Source: an uncultured Gammaproteobacteria bacterium (GTDB lineage Bacteria > Patescibacteriota > Patescibacteriia > UBA2591 > CAYTBZ01). From it: DNA of 64,000 nt. The stretch lies in the NCBI GenBank assembly GCA_964436275.1, contig CAYTBZ010000001.1, positions 33,980 to 97,979 on the forward strand, written 5' to 3'. The notes below the pieces were generated by a model, which searched no databases, was not told where the DNA came from, and saw only the letters and a program-made list of their open reading frames with translations. The first letter of the stretch is position 1. Every line of letters begins with the position of its first letter. Made by a program: the position numbers and the translations under genes. This document shows positions 49,153 through 58,523 of the stretch, piece after piece.

Positions 49153-50706
49153 TTAGCCCATTATTGTTTTCTTCATTATTTTTACTATGCTTTTCCTCCC
49201 TCCTTTTGAATATAAATTTAATATCTCTATTCTAGAAGGAACCTCTTCTGGTTTAAGCAAAGAGCGGCAGTAATTTATCAGATCCTTCTCGGTTAGTTCA
49301 GATTCCCTCCTCAAAATAACCAAAGCAATAACCTCTTCTTCAATCTGCTTCTTCTTTGTCCTCTTACCCACTACTATTGCCTGCTTCACTCCTGGATGCG
49401 ATTCCAAAACCATCTCTACCTCTTGCGGAGAAACCTCACCACCAAAAGAAGAATAAATAAGTTCATTCCTTATCTGGTCAGTAATAATTATACTTCCCCC
49501 GTTCTTTTTACCTGCTAAACCGCTTCGCCAAAATCCATTTTCCCTTTCTGCTTCTGTTCGCACTTTATCTCTCCAATATCCTCTAAACACTTGAGGTCCG
49601 GCAACCAAAAATTCTCCCATTTTTACTCTTACTTCCATGCCCTCTACTTCTGAAAAAGCGCCTCCGCTCAGACCTATAAACATAGGAAAGGCCTCTGGAA
49701 AGCCAAGAATACGGATAATTTCTACTTCTCCGGCTAATTTCTCATAGAGATTCTTCTCCAGGAATGGATTAAAACTCTGCTCCAACACGCCGATGAACCG
49801 CAGGAAAGACAGATCTGGTCTTTGGAAATCCTTTATTAATTCATTAAGAAGCCCTGGCGTTGTCCAAAGAAAAGAGTGATTTTTCCAGCGAACCAGTCCT
49901 CTCTTCAATTCATCCGAATAAAGTTTGGGGAAAACTACTGAGGAACATCCGGCTGTCAAGGAGAAAAGTAAACTAACCAACCCAGGATATTCAAAAGGAG
50001 CAAAAACGAATGCCCTTTCTTCAGGAGAAGAAAAAATCTCTGGCCGATGCTGAAGGAACCATTTACCCAATTGATAAATTGCTGCCGTGACATTGCTATG
50101 ACTTATCCCTACTAGTTCTTTACCTCTTGTTTTATAAATTATCACTGCGGCATCTTCTTCTGGAACAATATTTACTGGCGAGAAATCAGGGCTATTCTCT
50201 GCTACTAGAAGAGGAAAATGGAAAGAAGAGGAAGATTTGAATGGTCCAGGAGAGAGATGAACATTCACAATGTGCTCTAAAGAACTTCTCCTGCTCTTTC
50301 TTAGAAAGTCAAAGTCATCAACCTTATCATCTGAACAAATAGCTACTTTTGCCTGAGATTTAGAAACTACTTCTTTAATCTTCCAGGTTCTCTCACGAGG
50401 ACCAAGTAAAATAGCCACCGCACCTATCCTATTCAATGCCAAAAAAGAGATAACAAACTGGAAGCAATTAGGCAAACAGATAATCACCCGGTCACCCTTT
50501 TTCACCCCAATCTTTTGCAAAGCATTGGCAAAGCGCTGACTCTTTTCCTGTAATTCTTGATAACTCATTTTCTTTCTATCTACTCCAGAAATAAGGGCTG
50601 GCTTTTCCGGATTATACTTAACCATATCATCGAAAACAGCATAAGGAGGGATAAAATGAAGATAAATCTCATCAAATAATCTGTGTACATCTCTCGCCTC
50701 GGCCAT
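49153..50706 (-). CDS. AMP-binding (acyl-CoA synthetase-like) protein with degenerate motifs
   Basis: LQKIGVKKGDRVIICLPN, GEFLVAGPQVFRGYW, VSPQEVEMVLESHPGV; P-loop and GYGxTE/TGD motifs altered. Confidence 0.8.
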   Translation of the reverse strand: MAEARDVHRLFDEIYLHFIPPYAVFDDMVKYNPEKPALISGVDRKKMSYQELQEKSQRFANALQKIGVKKGDRVIICLPNCFQFVISFLALNRIGAVAILLGPRERTWKIKEVVSKSQAKVAICSDDKVDDFDFLRKSRRSSLEHIVNVHLSPGPFKSSSSFHFPLLVAENSPDFSPVNIVPEEDAAVIIYKTRGKELVGISHSNVTAAIYQLGKWFLQHRPEIFSSPEERAFVFAPFEYPGLVSLLFSLTAGCSSVVFPKLYSDELKRGLVRWKNHSFLWTTPGLLNELIKDFQRPDLSFLRFIGVLEQSFNPFLEKNLYEKLAGEVEIIRILGFPEAFPMFIGLSGGAFSEVEGMEVRVKMGEFLVAGPQVFRGYWRDKVRTEAERENGFWRSGLAGKKNGGSIIITDQIRNELIYSSFGGEVSPQEVEMVLESHPGVKQAIVVGKRTKKKQIEEEVIALVILRRESELTEKDLINYCRSLLKPEEVPSRIEILNLYSKGGRKSIVKIMKKTIMG

Positions 50707-50735
50707 TTCAGACCTCCTTTCTTGTTTTTTTCAGG

Positions 50736-50800
50736 TTTTCAAGGTGCTTTTTCTGCTTTTCTATTAAAAAAATTGTAAAAAGAAATTCCCTTGTTGTCAA
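50736..50800 (-). promoter_or_regulatory. Promoter plus boxA-like motif of the AMP-binding gene
   Basis: TTGACA (50800-50795), 17 bp, TACAAT; GCACCTTGAAAA at 50747-50736; SD AAGGAGGT. Confidence 0.65.
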
Positions 50801-50832
50801 GGGTAGAGAATTTGACAATGAAGTGTAACCCT

Positions 50833-51981
50833 TCAAATCCCAGATAAAACTTCTAAAGTTTTTCGAGCGGTTTGTTGCCAATCAAACTTTCTCGCCTGAA
50901 TCAACCCCTCTTCACTCAACTTTTCTCTTAACTCTTTTTCTAACAATAACTTTTTCATTGCCTCTTTTAAAGAAATTAAATTATCTGGGTCAACTAAAAT
51001 TCCGGCTGAGTTAACTAACTCTGGCAAAGAAGAGGAAAAACTTGTAATTACTGGACAGCCGCAACCCATTGCTTCTAAAACAGGAAAGCCAAAACCTTCA
51101 TAAAAAGAAGGGTAAACAAATAAGGTGGCTAAGTGATAAAAAGCGAATTTATCTTTCTCTGGAAGATATCCAATAAAACGAATATTATTTTTATGCTTAA
51201 CTTTTTTTATGGCCTTCTGGACTGTTCTCCAAAGCCAACCCGGAGAACCAGCAATAAGTAACTGTCTTAAAGAATTATCATCCCCTCTTTCCCCTATCTC
51301 TTCAATCAATTTATCAAAAGCCAAGATAAGTCCAGAAATATTTTTCCGCGGCTCCAACCTTCCTAAACAAAAAATAAATTCTTTAGGTAGGTTGTATTTT
51401 ATTTTGACTCTATTTATTGTATCCTCATCAATCTTGTCTTTAAACAAACCAGAATGAATAACAACAATCTTATCCCTTTTTAAACCATATAAATTAACTA
51501 AATCGTCTGCTGTACTTTGGGAAACACTAATAATTTTATCAAATTCTTGGGTCAACTTTTTTAGATTAACCAGTTTGTGCCAAAGACAACGCTTAAAGGT
51601 AAAAAATTCAGGAAATTGCTCAAAAGTTAAATCATGAACTGTAATTACTTTATAGCAATCTGAGGAAAGAGAAATAAAATGCTGATTAGGAAGAAAAAAA
51701 ACATCTACCCCGCCTTTGATTAACTTATCAACTTTGGGTAGATGAAAAAATTTTTGAGATAAATTAAAAAATTTATTTGGCCAACGAAAACCAATAAATT
51801 TAACTTGAGGATAATCCCATTTAGGTAAATTTTCAGTAACCGATTTCAGAGAATTATAAAACAAAAAATACTCATTTTTTTGGTCAATCTTAAAAAGATT
51901 ATCCAAAAGATGAAAAGTATATTCCCCTACTCCAAAGTAAGGTTTTTCCATTAAAGGCCGAATATCAATCCCGATTTTCAT
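50833..51981 (-). CDS. Glycosyltransferase family 4
   Basis: MKIGIDIR, TVHDL, EPRKN, YPSFYEGFGFPVLEAM. Confidence 0.92.
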   Translation of the reverse strand: MKIGIDIRPLMEKPYFGVGEYTFHLLDNLFKIDQKNEYFLFYNSLKSVTENLPKWDYPQVKFIGFRWPNKFFNLSQKFFHLPKVDKLIKGGVDVFFLPNQHFISLSSDCYKVITVHDLTFEQFPEFFTFKRCLWHKLVNLKKLTQEFDKIISVSQSTADDLVNLYGLKRDKIVVIHSGLFKDKIDEDTINRVKIKYNLPKEFIFCLGRLEPRKNISGLILAFDKLIEEIGERGDDNSLRQLLIAGSPGWLWRTVQKAIKKVKHKNNIRFIGYLPEKDKFAFYHLATLFVYPSFYEGFGFPVLEAMGCGCPVITSFSSSLPELVNSAGILVDPDNLISLKEAMKKLLLEKELREKLSEEGLIQARKFDWQQTARKTLEVLSGI

Positions 51982-51999
51982 TGATTATTCAAAAATTTT

Positions 52000-52395
52000 T
52001 TATAATTTGTAATAAAGAGGGGTATCTTCTTTTCCTTTATTCTTTTCTTTTGGAGAAATCATCGTTTCTAAACGTTTCTTTTTCTCTCTTAAAGTTTCAA
52101 TCTCATTCATAATTTCTTGAAGCGGCGGGGTTAAATTCTCCCAATCAATGTCCTTTCCTTGAGCAATAATTTTAAATTTACCCTCAAGAACTTCAATTGC
52201 TGCTTCTAATTTCTTTACAAAGTGCTTTTGCTCTTCAGGAAGAAAATTTTTAACATCCTCAATCGGCGTTTCTATTAATTCTTTAACTGTCTGATACTCT
52301 GGCCAACTTTCTACCATCGCCTTTTCTATCTCTTCCTCCTTCTTGCTGGACTCGCCTAAAAACTGGTCTAATTCCTTGTTAGATTCTTTTTGCAT
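52000..52395 (-). CDS. Hypothetical charged helical protein
   Basis: ORF between two GT4 genes; likely start MQKES. Confidence 0.6.
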   Translation of the reverse strand: MQKESNKELDQFLGESSKKEEEIEKAMVESWPEYQTVKELIETPIEDVKNFLPEEQKHFVKKLEAAIEVLEGKFKIIAQGKDIDWENLTPPLQEIMNEIETLREKKKRLETMISPKEKNKGKEDTPLYYKL

Positions 52396-52423
52396 TTTTT
52401 GTTTATTAATTGTTAAAATATAT

Positions 52424-53524
52424 CTAATTATTTTGATGTTCTTGCAAACTTTTAACAACAAACTCTCTTATTTCTTTTTTAAATCGCTCAGGATTAAATT
52501 TTTGAGCATGTTCTTTAATTTCATAAGGATTAAAATCTTTGCTATTAAACTTGATTACTTCATTGGCTAAATCCTCCCAAGTTTGTTCTTCAAAAAACAG
52601 ACCTGTTTTTCCTTCAATTATTGTTTCTAAAGCCCCACCGCTTTTATAGGCAATAACTGGCCGACCAGAAGCCATTGCTTCCACAGCGGTAATTCCAAAA
52701 TCTTCTTCTTGAGGATAAATCAATGCCTGACAATGACTTAGATATTTTACTTTTTCTTCTTCACTTACCGCTCCTAAAAACTCTATATTCTCTTTAGCCA
52801 TTTTCCTTAATTTTTTTTCTTCTTCACCCTTGCCAATAATTTTTAGAGGAATCCTTAAGCGATTAAATGCTTTAATGGCTAAATCTACTTTTTTATAAGG
52901 TCGTAAGCGGGCAATAATTAAAAAATAATTTCTAATATCTGAACTGATTTTATATTTATCTGTCTCTACCGGCGGATAAATAACCTTACTAGAACGATGA
53001 TAATACTTTTTTATTCTTTGAGCAACAAAGTAGGAATTAGCAATAAATTTATCCACCCTTTGAGCAGCTTGATAGTCCCAAGAACGCAAACGGTTAAGAA
53101 TAATAAGAAGAATTTTTTTAAGAAGCCGGCTATAATTTAAATTTTGCACATAAGAATGGGTATCACTCCAAAGATAACGCGTAGGAGTATGGCAATAACA
53201 AATATGAAGAGCCGAAGGTTTAGGAATCACTCCCTTAGCAAAAGCTGAAGCGTCAGAGATAATTAAATCATAATCCGTCAAATCTAACCCTTCTATTGCT
53301 GCAGGCATTAAAGGTAAATAAAATTTAAAAAATTTATGAGAGAAAGGTAATTTTTTAATAAACGATTCTTTTATTTCAAAATTTTTAAACAATCCTCTTG
53401 TCTTTTGGGGATAATATAACAAAGTATAAATCGGCGCTTTAGGCCAAATTTCTTTAAAAACCAAAAGAACTTTTTCTGCGCCGCCAATTTGATTAAGATG
53501 ATCATGAACTAAAGCAACTTTCAT
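52424..53524 (-). CDS. Glycosyltransferase family 4
   Basis: MKVALVHDHL..GGAEKV, CHTPTRY, EEDFGITAVEAMASG. Confidence 0.92.
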   Translation of the reverse strand: MKVALVHDHLNQIGGAEKVLLVFKEIWPKAPIYTLLYYPQKTRGLFKNFEIKESFIKKLPFSHKFFKFYLPLMPAAIEGLDLTDYDLIISDASAFAKGVIPKPSALHICYCHTPTRYLWSDTHSYVQNLNYSRLLKKILLIILNRLRSWDYQAAQRVDKFIANSYFVAQRIKKYYHRSSKVIYPPVETDKYKISSDIRNYFLIIARLRPYKKVDLAIKAFNRLRIPLKIIGKGEEEKKLRKMAKENIEFLGAVSEEEKVKYLSHCQALIYPQEEDFGITAVEAMASGRPVIAYKSGGALETIIEGKTGLFFEEQTWEDLANEVIKFNSKDFNPYEIKEHAQKFNPERFKKEIREFVVKSLQEHQNN

Positions 53525-53528
53525 ATTT

Positions 53529-54920
53529 TTAAACCGCTCCCTTTCTTGATAAGACAACAAAAGGGGTCTTTAAAATTATTTGTAAATCAAGTTGTGGAGA
53601 CCAATTCTCTATATAATAACTATCTAACTTTGCCTCGTCTTCAAAACTTAACTCAGCCCTGCCGGAAACCTGAGCCATACCAGTTATCCCCGGCTTAATA
53701 GATAAAAGCTTTTTATATCCCCTTTCATAAAGAGCAACTTCTTCTGGCTCATGAGGACGAGGACCAACTAAACTCATCTCACCTTTTAAAACATTCCAAA
53801 GTTGGGGTATTTCATCAATACTCGTTTTTCTAATAAATCTTCCTACTCGGGTAATTCGCGGGTCATTTTTTATTTTAAATAAAGGACCTTTCCTCTCATT
53901 GTATTTCATTAACTCTTTTTTAAGTAATTCAGCATTTTTAACCATTGAACGGAATTTATAAAGTTTAAATATCTTTCCTTTCTCCCCTACTCTTTTTAAG
54001 GCAACAATAGCCGGTCCCTCTGAATCAAGTTTAATAATAAGAGGCATAATCAAAAATAATGGCGAAAAAAGGACTAACCCAATCAGAGAACCAATAATAT
54101 CAACAACTCTTTTAAAAATTCTTCCCCATCCATCAAGTGGCGTTCTCCTTATTTCCACAATAGGTACGCCGGAAAGCGTATCTGTCTTTATATTACTGGC
54201 TTTAGCATCAAAAAGATCGGCTGCATAACGAAAAACCAAATGATGCTCATTACAAAAATCTAAAATAATTAAATTTTTCTTTCTTTCAATATTCGGATCA
54301 GCTGAGATAACCTCGTCAATCTCCTTATTATGCTTTTGAAAAATTTTTTCTAAAAGACCAGCATTAATTTCTTCTAAATTTTTTATTCGCTCAACGACGC
54401 GATAGCCAAAAGCAAGATTTTTAGACAAAAACCTATCTATTTCTTCAGCGATATTATTATTGCCAATTAAAATAATCCGATGAATCCCTATTCCCTTCTT
54501 AAATAAAGAACGCCTAATTAGACGGACAATTAGGCGGCCAAAACTGACGAAAATAATGGTTAATACCCAACCAGCTAAGACAATAAAACGAGAAGAAAAA
54601 AGTTCTCTCTTCAAAAAAACAGCAATAATAATGAGCATTATTCCTGTAGAACAGGCGAGAAAAATTTTAGAAAACTCCTCTGTCCATTTCCGACGAGGTT
54701 TAATAGAGTAAAGACCGGCTAAGGCAAAAATTATTAACCAAATTATTCCAATAACTACCAAATTGAATAAAAATTGTTTTAGAGGTATTTCATAAATAAC
54801 CGGCCTTAACTCAACTAAAGTCCTAAATCTTAAAAAATAAGCAATTAAACCAGAAAGGACAATCATTAAAAAATCAACAGGGACGAGAATGAAAGAAAAT
54901 AATAAATCTGATTTCCTCAT
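53529..54920 (-). CDS. Undecaprenyl-phosphate sugar phosphotransferase (WcaJ/WbaP-like)
   Basis: [46 protein letters not shown]. Confidence 0.93.
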   Translation of the reverse strand: MRKSDLLFSFILVPVDFLMIVLSGLIAYFLRFRTLVELRPVIYEIPLKQFLFNLVVIGIIWLIIFALAGLYSIKPRRKWTEEFSKIFLACSTGIMLIIIAVFLKRELFSSRFIVLAGWVLTIIFVSFGRLIVRLIRRSLFKKGIGIHRIILIGNNNIAEEIDRFLSKNLAFGYRVVERIKNLEEINAGLLEKIFQKHNKEIDEVISADPNIERKKNLIILDFCNEHHLVFRYAADLFDAKASNIKTDTLSGVPIVEIRRTPLDGWGRIFKRVVDIIGSLIGLVLFSPLFLIMPLIIKLDSEGPAIVALKRVGEKGKIFKLYKFRSMVKNAELLKKELMKYNERKGPLFKIKNDPRITRVGRFIRKTSIDEIPQLWNVLKGEMSLVGPRPHEPEEVALYERGYKKLLSIKPGITGMAQVSGRAELSFEDEAKLDSYYIENWSPQLDLQIILKTPFVVLSRKGAV

Positions 54921-54936
54921 AAAAATTATTAAAGAT

Positions 54937-55300
54937 GGTTAAGCAGACCTATAAGCCGAGTTCTGTACTCCAAAAAGGAGCGACGGCTATTTATCTGGAC
55001 CGGTTATTACTAACCGGCTCTAACGACCTACCAAAATTTGGTCTTTCACCCGGGTAAGGATTTAGCCGTTTCACCTCGGTTTTTTGACCTCTTTTATAAC
55101 CGAGCTCAGCCTGATTAATAAGAAGAGGTCCAGGCTGCCCTTAGATTACTCCTTGGGCGTCTCTGTTCGCACCTCTATCCCGCTAAAAGCGGGACGACGG
55201 GTGTTACCCGCTACCCTTTTTCTCTTCTTAAAGAAGAGAGAGTGCTCGGACTTTCCTCTCTGTCTGATTAAGACAGAGCAGCCGTCCGGTCTGCTTAACC
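54937..55300 (-). ncRNA. rnpB: RNase P RNA
   Basis: Minus strand GAGGAAAGTCCGAGCAC near the 5' end and ACAGAACTCGGCTTATAG near the 3' end; terminal P1 GGTTAAGCAGACC/GGTCTGCTTAACC. Confidence 0.96.
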
Positions 55301-55332
55301 TTACTATTTTATATCAGAAAATCGGCAAAAAG

Positions 55333-55746
55333 TCAACTTTTAAAATGAGCGTTGATTGCCTGATTAACTAATTTATCGGCTATTTTATTCTTATTTCGGG
55401 GTAAATAATGGAATTTAATTTTTTTAAAACCCAAAGAGAGATTCCAAACCTTGATAAACAAAGAACCGAGTTGATGGTCTTTTATTTTATATTTCCGATT
55501 TAATTGATTAACTATTAACTGACTATCTAAAAAACAATCAACCTCTTCAGCACCTAATTTTTTGGCTAACTCTAATGCTAAAATCAATGCTTTATACTCT
55601 GCCTGATTATTCGTCGCTTTACCTAAATATTTTTTGGCTGTTTTAATTAAATTCTCTTTCTCATCAAAAATAGCCACTCCGACACCAGCCGGGCCAGGAT
55701 TACCCCGCGCCCCTCCATCAGTATATATCTTCAACTTTTTAGCCAT
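55333..55746 (-). CDS. rnhA: Ribonuclease HI family protein
   Basis: YTDGGARGNPG, TNNQAEY, DSQL, NKIADKL. Confidence 0.92.
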   Translation of the reverse strand: MAKKLKIYTDGGARGNPGPAGVGVAIFDEKENLIKTAKKYLGKATNNQAEYKALILALELAKKLGAEEVDCFLDSQLIVNQLNRKYKIKDHQLGSLFIKVWNLSLGFKKIKFHYLPRNKNKIADKLVNQAINAHFKS

Positions 55747-55749
55747 AAA

Positions 55750-57471
55750 TTATTGATTAATTTTTAAGTCAATTATTTTCAATTGCAATTCTTGAGAGCC
55801 ATTCCATTGATTAACTGAAAGTTCAAAAACTACATCAATTCTATCGCCTATTTTTAATTTTTCTGCCCAATTCTCACTCAAATTAAAACCTATCATTTTT
55901 TTAGTTATAAATTCATCATCACGAACAAAAATTCTTAAATGATGACCATTACTACCAACCCTCTCTAAACCAATTACTTCTACATTTTCAACCAGAAATC
56001 TCGGGCGATTATTATCTTGACCAAAAGGTTCAAATTTCTCTAAATCCTCGTAAAATTGCCAAGTAATTTCTCTCAAAGAGACCTGACTTTCAATAAACAA
56101 TTCGCCTTCAAAATCTACTCCTTTTAATTTCTCTTCAATTAATTCCTCTAAATCTTTTTGAAAACTCTCAAGTAATTTTTTATCTTTTAAGGTAAAACCA
56201 CAGGCACGGGAATGTCCTCCATAATTAAGAAAATAATCATCTAATTCTTTGAGAACCTCCATAATATCTAACTCCTTAATGCTTCTTCCTGAAGCAACCA
56301 TCGTTCTTTCCTTTTCTGTTAAAACAATGCTCGGACGATACCATTTATCTGTTAAACGGCCAGCAATTAAGCCAATAATGCCAACTGGCCAATCTTTCCC
56401 CCAAATTAAAATTGACTTTTTTTGAAAATCTTCTTTTTCTAATTTTTGATTAATCTCATTGACTATTTTTTCAATCAATTTTTGCCTTTGCTGGTTTATC
56501 TGATTCAATTCCAAGGCAATTTTTTCTGCCTCTTCTAAGGACTCAGTGGTTAATAATTTGAAAGAAACATTAGCGTGATCCATTCGGCCAGCAGCGTTTA
56601 AACGAGGAGCAATTTGAAAAGCAATATTATCCGTACTTAGATTGTTTTTAGATAGACCGGCTTTTTCTATAAGAGCATTTAAACCTATTCGCGGTGTCTT
56701 ATTGAGAACAATCAAACCATATTTTACTAAAGTCCGATTTTCTCCTAAAAGAGGCATTAGGTCGGCTACTGTGCCAACAGCAACTAAATCTAAAAGCCAT
56801 TTTTCCCAACCGCTTTTAATTACTTCTTCTCCTAAAAATTCTTTTTGTTTTGCTATCAATGCCTGAATTAGTTTATAAGAAACACCTACCCCGGCTAAAA
56901 ATTTAAAAGGATAATGTTCTCGCGATAATTTGGGGTTTATTAAAGCATAAGCCCTTTTTGGCAATTGATTTGGCTCATTGTGGTGGTCAGTAATAATAAT
57001 CTCAATCCCTGATTTACTGGCTAAATCAACTTCAGATGAATTGCTAATTCCGCAATCAACAGTAATAATTAAATCTATTTTTTGTTGAACAAAATTTTTA
57101 ATCGCTTCTTTGTTTAATCCATAGCCCTCTCTTTCTCTATCAGGCAAATAAACATCTACCTTTACTCCTAATTTTCTAAAAAATTCAAATAAAATAACAG
57201 CGGCAGAAATACCGTCAGCATCATAATCACCATAGATAAGTATCCTTTCCTTTTTCTTGATGGCTAGAAAAATTCTCTTAACCGCCCTTTCCATATCTAC
57301 AAAAAGAAAGGGGTCGTAAAGGTCTTGAGAATAATCAGGAAGTAAGAATGCATCAATTTCTTCCTGAGTTCTTAATCCCCGATTATAAAGAAGTTGAAGA
57401 ATAATCGGGTTAATTTCTGGAAATTGACTTTTGAAATCAGGAGATATTTTTTTAGCAATTTTCCACTTCAT
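55750..57471 (-). CDS. recJ: Single-stranded DNA exonuclease RecJ
   Basis: GDYDADG, TVDCG, TDHH, PRLNAAGR, ASGRS, YGGH. Confidence 0.96.
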   Translation of the reverse strand: MKWKIAKKISPDFKSQFPEINPIILQLLYNRGLRTQEEIDAFLLPDYSQDLYDPFLFVDMERAVKRIFLAIKKKERILIYGDYDADGISAAVILFEFFRKLGVKVDVYLPDREREGYGLNKEAIKNFVQQKIDLIITVDCGISNSSEVDLASKSGIEIIITDHHNEPNQLPKRAYALINPKLSREHYPFKFLAGVGVSYKLIQALIAKQKEFLGEEVIKSGWEKWLLDLVAVGTVADLMPLLGENRTLVKYGLIVLNKTPRIGLNALIEKAGLSKNNLSTDNIAFQIAPRLNAAGRMDHANVSFKLLTTESLEEAEKIALELNQINQQRQKLIEKIVNEINQKLEKEDFQKKSILIWGKDWPVGIIGLIAGRLTDKWYRPSIVLTEKERTMVASGRSIKELDIMEVLKELDDYFLNYGGHSRACGFTLKDKKLLESFQKDLEELIEEKLKGVDFEGELFIESQVSLREITWQFYEDLEKFEPFGQDNNRPRFLVENVEVIGLERVGSNGHHLRIFVRDDEFITKKMIGFNLSENWAEKLKIGDRIDVVFELSVNQWNGSQELQLKIIDLKINQ

Positions 57472-58523
57472 TCTTTCCTCTCTAATAAAAACTTTTTAAC
57501 CTCACGAGCAATTTGTAATTCTTCATTTGGGGGAATAGAGAAAATTTTTACCCCTTTAAGAAGAGAAAAATCTTGACAAATTTTCTCTCTTGTTTCCGGT
57601 TTGCCCGCTCCAATCTCTCCAGTGAAAACTAAAGCATCGCAACCGTTAAGAACAGCATAATAAGCACCAATATATTTCTTTATTCGGTAGATAAAAATTT
57701 CTAAAGCAAGCTTTGCTCTTTGATTACCAAAAGTAACCTCTCTTAAAAGTTCTAAAAAATTATTGCAGCCAGAAATTCCCTTAATCCCTGACTGAAAGTT
57801 TAACAGGTCTTCTACTTCTTTTAGTCCTGAACCAAGGGGGAGAAGTTCAAAAATTTTCAGAATAACGCCAGGATCTAAATCGCCCGGCCGAGTCATCATC
57901 ATCAAACCCTCCAAGGGAGTAAAACCCATACTTGTATCTATGGGTTGACCATTCTTAATGGCTGTAATACTCGCCCCTCCTCCTAAATGACAAGTAATTA
58001 GTTTTAATCGTTTAATATCTTTTTTTAATTTTTTCGCCGCTTCCTCAGCAGCGTATTGATGAGAAATACCATGAAAACCAAATTTTTGAATTCCATACTT
58101 TTGATAATACTCATAGGGTAAAGGATAAACCAACACTCTTTGTGGAAGGTCCTTAAAAAAGGCAGTATCAAAAACAGCAATGTTAGGAACATTGGGAAGA
58201 AACTCTAAACAGGCCTTGATTGCTTCTAAACTGAAAGGATTATGAAGGGGGGCCAACTCATTATAATTCGCTAATTTTCTAATAATATCCTCATTGATTA
58301 AAGTTGTTTCTCGGAAGTCCTTTCCTCCGTGCACCACTCGATGACCAATGACTGTTATATTGACTATTTCTTCTATCTCTCGTAAGGCGTTTTTAATAGC
58401 CTGACGATGGTTATCAATAGAAGAAAATTTATTTTCTTGAATGAGTTTCAAACTTTCAAAATCAAAAACTTTATATTTTAAGGAAGTGCTACCTGAATTG
58501 ATAACTAAAATCCTTTTGCTCAT
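57468..58523 (-). CDS. ackA: Acetate kinase
   Basis: INSGSTSLK, GHRVVHGG, APLHN, FDTAF, GFHGISH, DTSMGFTPLEG. Confidence 0.94.
   Translation of the reverse strand: MSKRILVINSGSTSLKYKVFDFESLKLIQENKFSSIDNHRQAIKNALREIEEIVNITVIGHRVVHGGKDFRETTLINEDIIRKLANYNELAPLHNPFSLEAIKACLEFLPNVPNIAVFDTAFFKDLPQRVLVYPLPYEYYQKYGIQKFGFHGISHQYAAEEAAKKLKKDIKRLKLITCHLGGGASITAIKNGQPIDTSMGFTPLEGLMMMTRPGDLDPGVILKIFELLPLGSGLKEVEDLLNFQSGIKGISGCNNFLELLREVTFGNQRAKLALEIFIYRIKKYIGAYYAVLNGCDALVFTGEIGAGKPETREKICQDFSLLKGVKIFSIPPNEELQIAREVKKFLLERKE

Noticed and set aside
50794-50818. TTGTCAA-N11-TTGACAA as a divergent promoter pair or operator
   Set aside because: The left half is the cassette -35; the right half has no matching -10 at 16-18 bp, so there is too little support
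55084-55371. 95-aa plus-strand ORF
   Set aside because: Antisense to RNase P RNA
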